A stretch of DNA of 64,000 nucleotides from Amphiscolops sp. MND2022 (GCA_964187785.1 OZ076409.1:36892001-36956000); one strand, 5' to 3'; shown: positions 38,601 through 52,683, counted from the stretch's first letter. Notes: generated by a model from the sequence alone, not told the origin. Translations and numbers: made by a program.

Positions 38601-39389
38601 ATTCTTTTAACAAATGACCCAACCAAGCGGGGCAAGAAAACTACATAATACCTAACGAAACACAAAATATTACCTAATTAAAGATACTAACTGCCCAAGC
38701 CTCCATCCAAAAGATCGTGAAGCGTTGGAGTCTCGTTGACTACTTGCTGAACGACCGGCTCTGCAAAATCCACAGTTGCTACCTGTGCCAGGACCGGACT
38801 TTTTGGGAATCTCCGGAACGGCAGCGTCTCCCTCCGCCCCATCGTCCCCGTCTTTTGAGGTGGGCGGATCTGCCTCGGCTCCTCGAGGCTCAATTTCAGC
38901 ATTTTCTTCAAGAAGAGGCTGAATGGTCTCCCCAGATTGCCCAGGAATAACGACTAATGGAGACGACTTGACGACAGTCCCGGGAAAAACGGAAGAAGTA
39001 CCACTTCCAGCCCCAGGAAGTACAGAAGTCAAAGCAGCATTAATAGTCACTGCAGAGAATACCTCAGAGATAACCGGAAGTCCTCCGGGAGCCTCGGGTA
39101 GAACATCACTCGTACCAGTGTTGAACCCGGGAAGAGTAATCGGTTGAGTTACTCAAAATCAAGATTGGGTTCAGACGCGTCAGAGTATTCGGGGAGACTA
39201 CAAAGGCTGATCACCAAAACAAAAGTCCAATCACCCATGAAAGTCAGAAAGATTTTACCAACCCGAAGTAGGACGAGAAACTTCCATTTCCGAGTAAATC
39301 ACATCATCATCGGTGAAATTATATGACGTCTCGTTTCCACTGACAAATCCAGTAGCAGTACCGGGAAGAGGGACAGTATCTCCATCCAT
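35640..39389 (-). pseudogene. Spliced antisense accessory gene of the Gypsy element (Zn-finger protein, unknown function), decayed
   Basis: Series of minus-strand ORF pieces with GT-AG introns (e.g. 37652-37780); alignable with the gene at 56856-61401. Confidence 0.7.
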
Positions 39390-42300
39390 GAATAAAGAAA
39401 GCGACAATGGAAAACCACAAGAAAATCTAAAAGAAAAAGGAAAAATCAGAAAAGGGAAATTAAGTTGTGTGAACGTAACCACCCGAAAGAAATTAACAAC
39501 GTTATTCCTACGTATCTGGAAAAGATATTTATTATTGAACTTCACAGAAAGCCTATTATGGCATTGATGGAACAAAATGTTTCCAAAAACCCTATGGATG
39601 AATCAAAGTTCATCAAGAAGGGCTGAAGAAAAGATTTCAAGGAAAACCATTTTAAAAATTACGTCGCATGGACGTAATCCCTTCAAGGAAAATTGATGAC
39701 GTCATAACGACGTAGCTGAAGAAAAAAGAGATCAAAACCAAATTTTCCTATTTATTTAGTTATTTATTTATTTATGGATCAATCATAGCGAAGATGGAAG
39801 TTTATCACTTTAAAAGGTCAGGGCGGTCCGGAACGAAAGCAGGAAAATTGACTAATGAAACGTCGATGAGAACTACGTTGAAAAGAAAATTGAAACGGTC
39901 ATTTATCGTCCAATTTCACAAGTTGCTTGACCAGCTTATCAGAAAATCACAATCGCCTAACTCTCTCGCAATCCGAACGTCAAAAATCTTTAACAATTTT
40001 TCTAACTTGAAAATGAACGGATACTCGCTCGTTATAGACATCTCCTCTGATGAGGAAAATATAAAAAACAGCACCTCTATCAAAACTCTACGGTTAAACA
40101 TGGTAGGAAGGCTAAATATTACTGATTCTTCCTTTGAAGCCTGGGGGGGCAGTGAGGCTGACCCAAATGCTTCTTACGATTCCGAATGCTCGTAAAAGTC
40201 AGCCGAATCAAAAAGAATAACGCAAAGGTTACGTTCAAGCTGCCACATGTCGATAGAAGTATGGAGCTAGATACCGACGACTACTATGAGGAGCCGGAAA
40301 CAGTCACCGCTGAGGCCCTCACGAACAGTGAACACCCACCCAAGCAAAAGCCAGCCGCAGAGAACCTCAACGATTTGAACGAGCTATCACTGGCGGATTG
40401 GGAGGCGAGTTGATCTACCGAGTTGACCTAGATGAAAAAGAATTATACGTGTCCACTGGGCGCGGACGTGGTTCGCACAAAACAAAGGATTATGCGAGTC
40501 AACCACCAATGAAAATCGTCAAGGAATTGCCGCACTGTCACGGCCTACCCGTTTTCCTGGCTTCAAGAGGGACCCTGTCACGACCCGCTCCCGTTCGGAT
40601 TTGCACTTACCATCCAGGATACTATAAGTATTTTTGAACTTACCTTTATTCAATCTATTACTACTTACAGTACAGCTGAATTATTTGTTGATAATTTCCC
40701 AAAATATGAATTTCCAACGTAAGAGTTACAGGATTTTTTGCAAATGATTCAAGTTAGCTAAAACTTCCGGTCTATTGTTTTCACATGTAAAGTTACCTTT
40801 TTTTCCGGTTTCACATTCTGAAATTTCCATACCAATTTAAATATTCAAAGCCGAAACATTTTCCAAAATGGGATCATTTCTTTCTTCTCCACACTGAAAT
40901 GAAAACAATAACAATAAAAATTAACTCCGTGATCCGAACGGTGTTCATTCAATCTAAAATGAAAAGAACATACAAGATAGTATAGAGAAATTGTTCTCCA
41001 GTATTAAGGTTGTTGTCAATATCCACTTAAAATCTCAGTTAAGTGATTTTAATCAAATGTTTACAACGTTATGACAGCGTCACTCAACTAAGCTGGTAAC
41101 GGGTGTTTCTATTTTTACGGACCAATAGCGTCGCTCCATGACTGAATTATTTGAGCTCAAGAAAATAGAATCATGCTTGGTTGCCCTAAGCCAAGCCAAC
41201 TAGCTGAGAAAATGAGAATGACATCAACTAAGCTCTGCGTTTTCTCTCCGTCAGCCACCGCTGCTCAGCTATAACTAATCTTAAAACGTACGGAGCGACT
41301 ACGTAGCAGTATTTATAATTGTATTCCGCTGAATAGCGATAACTAGTCCTAATACGTACGGAGCGCCTACGGAGCGAATTTTAGGCTTGTAGCTCTAGAG
41401 TACTTATTGAAACGAGTTTCAAACAAGGTTTTTCTTGAATCGACGCACTCAAAAGTATTTTAGAAATAGGTCTTCATACAAGGAAAGCTGTACTGTAAGG
41501 AAAAATTAAAATTTGTGGTTTAAACACCATTGACATCGTGCTACTACATTAATTTCATTGTCAGGTCTACCTTACGTTACACCAGGATTTTTCATTTGTT
41601 TAGTATAAATTGTTCTATCGCAAGATATCCCACAGAACGTAACTTAGGCTCAACGTTAATTTAGAACTAAGCGCTCTATCTCTTTAAGTTGAATTACCAT
41701 GATGGATGAAGTTATCACTCTAGAGCCGTCTCTTATTCATTGTCAACCCCAATCGATATTTGTGTTGAATGTTGTTCTGTTTGTTCGTACTCTAAATAAT
41801 CGATGTTTGTGAAAAATACTGTTCTGCCCATTTGTACCCCAAATTTTGTGCTTTTGTATTTCTTCCGTTGAGGCCACGTATAGGTCAAATTTGCGTTTCG
41901 ATGTAAATGTACTGGTATTATTTATGCAATTAGCAGTTAATCACCATTATGTCTTTCCAGCATCGTTTGTTCCCCTTTAATATCTAGATAATCCCATTTT
42001 CGAATTTTCTTTGTTCCGTTTCGATTCCGTCACAATTTTCGCGAGTCATTTTTTGCTTCGAATCTCAACTTCCTAAGTTAGAAATTGACCAATTGATCAC
42101 GCCGGCGTGGCTACGCTAATGAAAATGTCAACTAGACTTTTGTTTTACCGCAATTTTGAAGCTCAAACAGGAAATGGAATTACCTGAACAAAAATGATTT
42201 CAACAAGATTTTAAGGAATAGCCACGCAACTAGTAATTTGACGCGGGATTGACCTGTTTTTATGACGCGGGATTGAAACAATTTGACATTTAAGCGCTTT

Positions 42301-43769
42301 TTGATGAACAAACCCGATTTTTGTGATACCTAGAAATTTTTAGGTGAGGAACAATTGGTGCTGAAAAGGTATAAATATGAAAAACTTACATGTGAAGTTA
42401 GTTAAACCATTATTGTTCACCACTTAATTGTCCGTTGTTTCAACGAAAAGCTAAAGCTTACTTCGAAGAATTTACCTTTTGCCGAAGATTCTATTTTTTC
42501 AGCTAAAAATGACAACTAGAAGTCAGAAAAGGAAAGCAGTAGCTGAGCTAGCTTCTGGAGATTTTGAGACCTCTATAGCTGAGAATAGTCCTTCTGAAAA
42601 TCTTGTAGCAAGTTCTAGCAAGTCTCCTAGAATACAATCTGAGAACTTAGACGAGATAAAAACGTCTTTGAGAAAAGTGATTATGTCTGATTTAGCAAAG
42701 ATGTTAGCCAAAAACCAAAAAGAAATACTAAAATTCATAGCACCATTGAATAAATAACAGCAAGTCCATCTGAACAACCAGGATTCTGATTCTGAGCCTG
42801 AGACTATCTCCGCAACTAGAACGTCAAGTGTAACGGCTGCTTGCCCTTATCCTGCGCTGAGGCTTGACAAGCTTTACGCCGCCCCGATCCGTTGCTTAGT
42901 GCTGTGGACCGTCACTAAACAAATCCGGGTTTCTTGTTTTAAAGGACTGTATCTTTTGGCTTGATGGGTCCGATGTGACCCGTGGAATCTCCTGCGATTC
43001 CTCTTTGCACTGAGTTGGATCCGATGTGATCCTGCACACACTTCCCTCTCTGTATCTTCACGCGCTCCGGCTCTCCAACTATGAGAGTAGCTACTTAGTC
43101 GCTCTAACTCTAGCGAAAAGTTGTGAAGATTGAGAAGTTGATTAATTAGTCTCTTGGTCCTAAGACCCAACTTGACTATAGCTATTCAGTGGAGAAAATC
43201 TCTATCTAAAAATGGTATAAATGTGGTTTACAATTCTACAGTAAATATAAGCAAATATTAGTTTAAATATTAGCATAAACAAATTAATTGGTGGTTTTGG
43301 CAAGTTGGTTAGGTGGGCTAGAAAGTATGTTTACACAATGTAAACATAAAAATTTCAACAGAGTTACATTTCCTTCAAGGTCGAATGAGAAAATAACATA
43401 ATATTTAACACATCAAAATTGGGTAAATTATGTGGTCTGACATAGGTCATTTTGGGTGTTAATTGCTCGAAACCCAGGGGACATACGGGGTTGGGTGTTC
43501 AGAGTGAAAAGTTTGAAGAACACCACCACTATATATGTGCCAAGTTTCAAGGTGATTGATGAAGTGGTTCACCGGGACGGGGGGGACGGCACATTTTGCA
43601 AAGCCTTATTTCGGGTGAAACTTGTAAATTTCTAACTAAAATCTTGATAAATTTTCGAAGTGTTTTGAGTTATACGTTTCATCAGTCGCGTTCGAATTTG
43701 AGTTTCTGATCTTGCAAGTGACTGGCGCTAACATTGCCGGCTTTGTTTTTCTACTGAAAAACACTTTCG

Positions 43770-46700
43770 TAGAACATGGGTGCCAGTTTCACTACTGGTC
43801 GTTTCAGTTTTCCATCTTCAGTTCTCACCAGCGCTGATCTCACTCGCCCATCGCTTCCATGATAGACTTCTAACACTCTAGCCATTTTTTAGTGAGCTCT
43901 CTTTACGTTTTCATCCACTATCCAAACCAAATCATTGACTCCCAGTTGTCGTACATCTTCTTTATTCCATTTAGATCTCTCATTCCATTGTGGTAAAAAC
44001 TCTTTATTCCATCTGCTCCAGATCATATCGGCATATGCCTGAGATACTCTGAATACTCTTCGCAGATCTGTATATCGCTGAGCGTCGGGAATAAATGGGG
44101 TTGCTGGACTCGCACGTCCTAGCAGGAAGTGGTTAGGAGTTAAAGCTTCCAAATCTTCAGGATCGTCGCTTACACTAGTCAGAGGTCTCGAGTTCAATAT
44201 CGGCTCAACTAGACACATGGTTGTGGATAGTAAATCATCTGTCAGTGTTCTGTTTCCCACTATTGCCATCATAGCTTTCTTGCAGCTTCTAACCATTCGC
44301 TCCCAAACACCTCCAAAATGCGGCGCTCCTGGAGGGTTGAACTTCCATTTTATTTGCTTTTGAGCCAACGACTGCTCAGTGTCTGATTGATTCCAAGCTT
44401 CTATCCATTCTCGCATCTCTCTTGCTGCGCCCACGAAATTTGTTCCGTTGTCACTTAGAATGATATTGGGTTTCCCTCTTCGTGCGATGAATCTCGTTAT
44501 AGCAGCAAGACAAGCGTCGGCTTCCAAGCTGGGCACGACTTCAACATGCACAGCTCTTGTTGTCAAACATGTGAATAGACAACACCAGCGTTTCATTGAT
44601 TTCCTCATGAATCTCACTTCGAATGGTCCAAAGTAATCTACACCAGTGTTGGCAAAAGGGAAAACTCTTTCTTCCAAACTTTCTTCCGGTAGGTCTGCCA
44701 TGAAAGGTTGAACTCCTCCAACTTGTTGCCTTCTGCACTTGACACACTTCATCTTCACATTTCTGAGCGTGTTTCGGAGTCCAATTATCCAGTAATTTTG
44801 CTGCAAAATACTGCGAACATACTCTGTTCCTTCATGATAGTTAATTTCGTGAGCATCCTCAATCAATTTTCTCACTATTGGATGCTTCGCAGATTGCAAA
44901 ATTGGATGTTTCATTTCATAACTCGCAACAGCATGACGTAGTCGTCCTTTCAATCGCATTAGGTTCTGATTGTCCAAAAACGGTGATAGTTTGTTCAAGT
45001 GATCAGATGCTGCCATGGGTTTACCTGCTGCCAATGCTTGGTAAGTAGTACCGAAGCTTTCTATCTGGCTTTTACGCAGTAGCCTTTGGGTCACTTGCTG
45101 CAATTCTTCTCTCATGACTACTTTTCCTTTGATTTTTGATTGAAACCGAAGGCAGTAGGCGAAGATCCGGGTCATTTTTCTAAAAGAACCGAACGTCTCC
45201 CAATCTATGTCCTTTTCTTCCAACACGACTTCAAAGACTTGTTCCATGTCATCTGTTTTTTGTTTAAACAACTGTGGTGAAGTTTGTGGCCAAGCATCTT
45301 CTTTCTCTCGAAGCCATGCCGGCCCTGTGAACCATTCGCTCTTGTCCAGCTCGAGAACCGAGTTTCCTATTGTTCCAATGTCGGCAGGGTTTAATGTTCC
45401 TTCGACATGTCTCCGTTGATCAATAGTTGAGCTGTCAAGAATTTCAGCAACTCTGTTTGCTACAAACACCGGTTGTTTCTTGTCTGCTCCATGCAACCAT
45501 TGTAAAACAGTTGTCGAATCCGTCCAAAAGAATGTTCGTTCAATTTCCACGTCGTGTTCGTCTACGATCAGTTGTTTCAATCGAGTCCCATGCATAGCTG
45601 CTTGTAGTTCTAGTCTTGGTATTGATTGTTGCTTCATTGGCGCTACTCGGCATTTTCCTACTACATAGGCAAGCTCTCCTGTTGATTGTTGATCCCGAAA
45701 GTACGCTACCATGCACATAGCGTCTAAGGATGCATCAGCGAAAACATGCAAGTCTACTACTTCAACATTTTCCGATAAAAAGTTTCTTTTGAGAGTCATC
45801 TCATTCATGTGACTCAACTCCGATGCCCAATCTTTGAAAGCAATCTCGTCTTCTGGAGATACTTGTTCGTCCCACGATTGCCCATGCTTCTTCCAAATTC
45901 TTTTGAGCAACAATCTCATCCTCAATGTGAAAGGGGAAAACAATCCCAACGTGTCAAACACCGAGGGTATTTGGGATAAAACTACTCGCTGAGTAACCTT
46001 CACAGGCACCTCTTTTCCCATACCGCGGCAGATCTCAAGACTGTCCGACTTCACATTCCACTGGAGTCCCAAGATTGAGGGTGCCAAGGGTTCAGCTTCG
46101 AATGTGTTGCTCAGCGCGCTTGATCTACCTTCAGGAGATATTCTTTCCATTACCTTCTCTGAGTTGCAAATCCATTTTGTTAGTTGGAATCCACCAGCGG
46201 CTTAGGACCTTCGCAAGCTTTTGTACATTCCAACGGCTTCTTCCTCTGAAGGTACCGACTTCACAAAATCGTCCATGTAGAAGTTTCTGTTTATCAACTT
46301 TGCAACCATCCCATGGTCATCTCTGCAATCTCTTCCGACTTGTTGCAAAGCATAGTTGACACATGTTGGCGAACTCATAGCTCCGAAAATGTGTCTTCCA
46401 TATTCGTAAGCGGAGATTAGATCAGTGTTGTTTTCTCTCCACAAAAATCTAAGCACTTTGCAATCCGCAGGGGGTACTTTCACTTGGAGAAACATCGCTT
46501 CTACATCTGCGGTCAAAGCAATTTTCTTCTCCCTGAATCTGAAGATAATTAATTCCAATGAGCGACTGTAGGAGGTCTGGACCGGCCATCAAATTGTCGT
46601 TTAGTGAAACGCCTCCGAACTTTGAAGCAGCGTTGCACACTCGTCTCACTTTGTCCGGCTTGTTCGGGTTCAGCACAGAAAGATGGGGAACGTACCACTG

Positions 46701-49700
46701 AAGTTCTGTTTTGGTGTTTTCAATCTCTGCCTCATCCAGAATTCTCACAAACCCCTTTTGTACGTCCACATCAATTGTCTCTTTGTTGCGTTGTTTCAAG
46801 TTCTCATCCTTTTCCAGTCGGCGCTCGAGAGACTTCAATTGACTTACTGCTGAACTGTAGTTATTTGGCAGATGCGGCTTTGCATTTTTCCAGAGTAGTG
46901 CGACCTCATACATCTCTCCATCGAACTTTGTGGTTGCCTTGAGCATTTCGAGGGCCTTGTCGTCCTCCTTGGACCTTCCGTATGCGCTGCAGTTGGACGC
47001 ATACGATTCTATGCTCCACCAAGTTTTAACTTGATCCTCTAATGGATCCACTTCTGCTGCAACTAGACTCTCAGTTGGGAGTTTTGCTGTCTCTTGTTGA
47101 GGCAAGGGTCCACTGAGCATCCATCCCAGTTTGGTTCGCATTGCCCAGGGCTTGGCGTTTCCACATTTTCTATAGTCGATTGCTCTATGCAAGTGGTAAC
47201 AATCTTGTCCCAAGATGACTTTTACCTCTCCCAAGTTGACGGTAGAGTCTTTCAAGACTGACAGGTGAGGATATGTTTCCTTCAATTTCTTGAGGTTGTA
47301 TGTTCGACTTCCTGCTTTCACGTTGGGATGGCTATAAGCCATGATATTTTCATTGATCCTCCCGTCTTGATCTCCAATCTTGACTCGAAGTCGTTTGCTA
47401 CTAATATCTGACGTTCCATGAATCCCTGCAACATTCAAATCCACTGGCTGTCCCGTTAGCTTTAGCATTTTCATCAGGCTCTCGTCCACAAAGGACAGGC
47501 TTGCTCCAGAGTCGCACAAAGCGAACGTTTTCAGAGTTTTGTTCCCACTCCCTAACGTTACTGGAATGACTGGAAGCACTCCACTGCTTTTCATTGATGA
47601 CAATTTGGAGACCTCCTCGACGTTTTCAACATTTTTCTTTTGTTCCACGTTCTTGTATGGTCTGTGTAGCAATCTGTGATGAGGTTTTCCGCAATCACTT
47701 ACGTCGCAGAGTCTACCAGAGCAATTTCTCATCTGATGCGCGTCTGACAAACATTTGAAGCACAATTTCAACTCTTTTGTCCTCTTTCTTCGACGTTCAT
47801 CTTCTTGAACTTCTCACATTTCCATATGGGATGTTTGCCATCTTTCAGCGCACACTCTCGCTGGTATTTCGAGTTGTCACTGGCTGTGTTTGTTGTTGAT
47901 ATGGCAAACGTGGAGCCATTGGCCTTTTCCTTGTAGTTCGACTTCGCGCGATCAGCATTCGGGTTTGAAGACAAAAGCAATCCGTCTTGAACATCTGCTA
48001 TATCATTGAGCCATTCACTGAACACAGCGAGTCCAGGTTGATACAGGTTCATTTGCTTGACATAAAGGAGCCACGTCGTTTTCATGTCCAGTGTTAACTT
48101 CCTTGTGGCACTGCCCAGGACTCCTTCTGTGTTTAGGTCTCCCACGTAGTTGAATTGTGTCAGAACGTTCACACAAGTCGACACTATTCTCGCAAACTTG
48201 ATAAATGCGGCTCCATCATAAGGTTTCATAGTAGGAAAGGAATAGATTCGTTTCAACTTGGGCGTTCACAATCATTTGAGGTTTTCCAAAGTTTCGAACT
48301 AGAACGTTCCACGCCACATTGTACATCTCAGCTGTGTATCCAAAGCCAGCAATCGCCTCTTTGGCTTTGCCCGTGACCATTGTTTTTAGGTGGTTCATCT
48401 TTACACTGTCGTCTATATTTGCTGCGTGGACGGTTGCTTGAAATAGTTGTGACCACTCTGGCCACTCCAATGGGTCACCTGAGAATTCTGCCAACTTCAG
48501 TTTTGGCAAGCTGGATCTAATGAAATAGTCATCTCTTACGTTCGACGCCACGTTTGGCCCTTGACCTGGCAAATACTGTTTTTGTGTGTTCGCAAGCTGT
48601 GGTACTTGAAATGCACCACTCTGGATGCCTCCAAACATAGGCGGTAACCGATTCGTGACTGCACTGAGAGTCATCGACGGCTCCGATGAGGCGAATTACA
48701 CTCCTGGTTGTGCTGTTGCTCTTTGGCTGACAGCATCTATGACAGTCTTTGTTCTGTCCTTTCCAATACCTCGACTAGCGGCTTCGGTGGATATAGTCGG
48801 TTTCACTGAGGGTTTCAAGTCCCTCACTAGCGCGGAGCATTGTCCTTCATGCATCGATTGTACTGTAATCACTGGTGCTGAGACGGACCTTTGCTGGTAT
48901 ACAGATGGCACGTTAATAGTCCATGCCACGTTTTCAGCTTCTTCTGTCTTGTCCATCCATCCTGAGATTTTCGTCAGATCGTCATCTGGAGTCTCGACCG
49001 GTGATATACTTCGTAAACTAGACCCACAACTGCTCGACGCTTGCGCAATTTGTATTTCCTTTTCGGCAATTTTGGCTTTGCGGACCAGCTCTTCTTGCAG
49101 GTCAGCTATTTCCATTTGCTTTAGCTGCGTCAAGCGAGGTTGCAGCTCTCCTTGTTCTTTCAAAGCTTTCAGCTCCGTCTTGCACTTGATGTTTTCGAAA
49201 TCACAGATGTTTTATTGCTTTTGGTTTTGTCACCTTGCGAATCTATACTCACTTCCTCTAGTTGCAGTGATCTAGCTCTATTTCTTGGCTCTCGTCTGTC
49301 ATCCGCGATGTGACCATCATCGTGTCTTTTTTGCTCATCGTCTGGTTGTGTTTCTTTTTGTGACGAGGTACCATTTTTACTGAATTTGTCTGCTGCCGAG
49401 TTTACACGAGCGTCTGCTAGTCTTTGTTCAGCGTCTTCAAGACTTCGCAAAAAGGCTCCCTCGTCTCTTGACTTCAGCAGAGCTTCATTTTTTGTTTTAA
49501 TGTCAGACCTTTTCTGCAGCAATTCTTGACACGCTGCAGCATAATCTTCTTCGTTGGCGTCATTGCCATTTGCGATTGAATCCTCCCGCAACTTTTCGCT
49601 GCTAACCATTAGTTTATCAATAGCACGTTTCTTTTCGTCAAGATCCAAGTAGTTTAGTATCTGATTTTCGTCTTGCAATGCTGACATCAGTATTTTTACC

Positions 49701-50038
49701 CTTCCAATGCTAGAGCATTGATGCTGCAACTCAACCAATCGGCTCTGCATTGCTTTGTTCGCTGCTGAGAATTTTTCGGGTATCTGCGGTTGGTACTTGA
49801 CATTGATTGCATTTTCCACTGCTTTAATGAGCCGATCTCTCCTGTTTATGGCATCTGTTCGTCTTAACAGCAAATCTGCTATCTGCTTGTCGTTGCTAGC
49901 TAGGTTCTCATCAATTTCTTTCACAGCCTTACCGTGTTCGACAGCTGCATTCCAATAACTCAACGTTTGGGCTTTGTCAGCAGAGTTCTTCAGAAAGTTT
50001 TCTATTTTGTTGATATCGAACCGTTTAGGTTCTGACAT
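43770..50038 (-). pseudogene. BEL/Pao gag-pol polyprotein, frameshifted
   Basis: DUF1759-like KLAEFSGDPLEWPEW; CFKCL..H knuckles; protease LCDSGAS; RT FYMDD; Pao RNase H LHVFADAS and SIPRLEL; integrase GVDYFGPF, SDNGTNF, GGVWER. Confidence 0.92.
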
Positions 50039-50074
50039 CTCTTCTCTTGTCGATTGAGTTTTAGTTCCAAATTC

Positions 50075-50389
50075 ACAATAGCCCAATCTCCCAGAGACAC
50101 GATAGCCCAATATCTAAGAGACACAATAGCTCAATCTCCCAGACACACAGTAGCCCAATCTCCCAGAGACACAATAGCCCAATCTCCCAGAGATACAATA
50201 GCCCAATCTCCCAGAGACACAGTAGCCCAATCTCCCAGAGACACAGTAGCCCAATCTCCCAGAGACACAGTAGCCCAATCTCCCAGAGACACAGTAGCCC
50301 AATCTCCCAGAGACACAGTAGCCCAATCTCCCAGAGACACAGAAGCCCAATCTCCCAGAGACACAGTAGCCCAATCTCCCAGAGACACA
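50075..50389. repeat. 24-bp minisatellite, ~13 copies, in the BEL 5' leader
   Basis: Unit GAGACACAGTAGCCCAATCTCCCA. Confidence 0.95.
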
Positions 50390-52085
50390 AAGTCAGAGAC
50401 TCCAAGAATCAGACACTTGTTCTTCTTGGGCAATCTTCTCAGTTGTCCACCAACGAGTCGTCTTCTTCTAGTCCGGGTCGTCCACCAACGAGTTGTCCGG
50501 GTCGGCGGACCAAATGTAACGGCTGCTTGCCTTTATCCTGCGCTGAGGCTTGACAAGCTTTACGCCGCCCTGATCCGTTGCTTAGTGCTGTGGACCGTCA
50601 CTAAACAAATCCTGGTTTCTCGTTTTAAAGGACTGTATCTTTTGGCTTGATGGGTCCGAAGTTATTGACTAAGTAAACAAACTATGTGGTGGTTTTGGCA
50701 TGTTGGTTAGGTGGGCTAGAAAGTATGTTTACACAATGTAAACATAAAAATTTCAACAGAGCTACATTTCCTTCAAGGTCGAATGAGAAAATAACATAAT
50801 ATTTAGCACATCACAATTGGGTAAATTATGTGGTCTGACATAGGTCACTTTGGGTGTTAATTCCTCGAAACCCAGGGGACATACAGGGTTGGCTGTTCAG
50901 AGTGAAAAGTTAGAGGAACACCACCACTATATGTGTGCCAAGTTTCAAGGTGATTGATGGAGTGGTTCACCGGGACGGGGGGGCACATTTTGCAATGCCT
51001 TACTTCTGGTGAAACTTGTAAATTTCTAACTAAAATCTTGATAAATTTTCTAAGTGTTTTGAGTTATAAGTTTCATCAGTCACGTTCAAGTTTGAGTTTC
51101 TGATCTTGCAAGTGACTGGCGCCAATATCAACACCTGTTAAAACAACAACTGCGACTAACTCTAAACAACTCCGGTAAACAGTCGTAACAACAGGTATTG
51201 GAAAAAAAAACATTTTAACCGTCGTACAACATCAAATAAATTAGAAAACAACGTCAATAGAAAACACTATTCCACATTCAAAGTAACTACTTGCCAATAT
51301 TCAAATATTTCCATTTACTCTTGTAAGTCTCGATAATATCTTGTTTATTTTTGCTTCATAGAACCCTTTTGAATTTTTCTACTACGAGTCTGGTTAAGAG
51401 ATTTATCAGGAGTTTCAAGAACCAAGTTGCAAAACTAACAACTATTTTGGTTCCAATTATTTTGCAAATGTTCGCACTACCAGTCAGACTATTGTACTCT
51501 TAAATGTTCGTTACAGGTCAACACGAAGCTGTGAATATCAGGATGTGATCGCTGGATTGGTAGCGTGAACGACTGAAGCATTGAGTTACGCAAATTGAGC
51601 CGCAGATAGGAACGGTTTTTGTTTATTTTCATTCACATTCGTTAGCTTTTCTCTTGAAACTCTTGGCAAGATCTTGCAAGATCGTACACTTTCTTAGCAA
51701 TTTTAATGAGAATTCTGCAAGCTTCCCACCAAGGGTTTCACCAAAATGCAAAAACCTTCCAAAAAAATCTTCTCTGTGGGTACTGCTTTTCAAAAAACTT
51801 ACTTGACTTTTCATCAGAAAACTATTTTCAGCGTTAATTTTGGAACATTACGAACGTTCTGCACTGGATAGATACGAACTCCAGATTATTTCTCGCTTCA
51901 CTAATTCAATGAAAGTCAAGAATGCAGCTAATATCCGAAAATGGCATTGTTATTGCAATGCCAAAAACATGAATTGGGATTTAGGGCCCAACAAAGCTGT
52001 AGAAGTGATAACATCTAAAACGTTGAATCAAAGAACCTTCTCGCAAAAAGTAGGACAGTGCCAAAAACAGGGATTGGGCCTTTTG

Positions 52086-52631
52086 CCCTAGTTGAAGCTG
52101 CAGGAACTTTTTACATGCTGCAGGCATGCATGCAGGGTAATTTTTTTAAAAACCTAGAAAATTCAGTGAACTTCGGTTGGTAATTCATGTACAATTACAC
52201 TGCATTTCCTACTATTGTAATTAGATTTGAAAATAAGATACACTAGATTACCGACACGATCACTTTGTATACACACTTTGTTTTCTCAGCTACTCATCTG
52301 ATGTGATCACCGCTTCTCAAATAGCACACTAGAAATGACGCTAACTTGCATTGTATTATGCGACTGAAGTTATTTTGCATTGATTTAGCGGCAAAAATGA
52401 TAGCGCGTATTTGCTTTCAAAATTAAAAATGCTGCTTAATGAAACCTGCAAAACTTCATGGCTCAAAATTGCCGCCAATGCTTTGATAAATCTTTCAAGC
52501 AACTTGATAAAAGTTAAATACAACAGGGACAAATTCGCATGAAAGTTTCCGTAAGAGTTTTAGAAAATCATAATAAAAATTGCTGGCAGCATTAAAGTAC
52601 ATGCAAAAATTTCAAGCAGTTTCAACAAGGG
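52086..52631. mobile_element. MITE
   Basis: TIRs CCCTAGTTGAAGCTGC / GCAGTTTCAACAAGGG; related short fragment at ~12590-12715. Confidence 0.6.
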
Positions 52632-52683
52632 TGGTCTTTTTTACCGGTTCAAACTTTCATTCCGCGCAACACTCGAACGCACG

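Larger units (their letters stand above)
42829..51127 (-). mobile_element. BEL/Pao LTR retrotransposon nested in the Gypsy 3' LTR
   Basis: LTRs 42829-43733 and 50515-51127 (TGTAACGGCTG...); TSD TCAAG/TCAAC, single TCAAC in the uninterrupted LTR; PBS TGGTCCGCCGACCCGGA (tRNA-Tyr-like). Confidence 0.93.
28394..51190 (+). mobile_element. Ty3/Gypsy LTR retrotransposon, decayed, with nested BEL/Pao
   Basis: TSD ACAGG (28389-28393, 51191-51195); LTR ends TGTCACG...CGTAACA; PBS TGGTGACAGG at 29419; gag-PR-RT-RH-IN order. Confidence 0.93.
40576..51190 (+). repeat. Gypsy 3' LTR (~2.3 kb) split by the BEL insertion (40576-42828 and 51128-51190)
   Basis: Preceded by purine-rich aagaggga; terminal ~60 nt resume after the BEL element. 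Confidence 0.88.

Noticed and set aside
50054..50650. 198-aa repeat protein (AQSPRDTV)n
   Set aside because: Antisense translation of the 24-bp minisatellite
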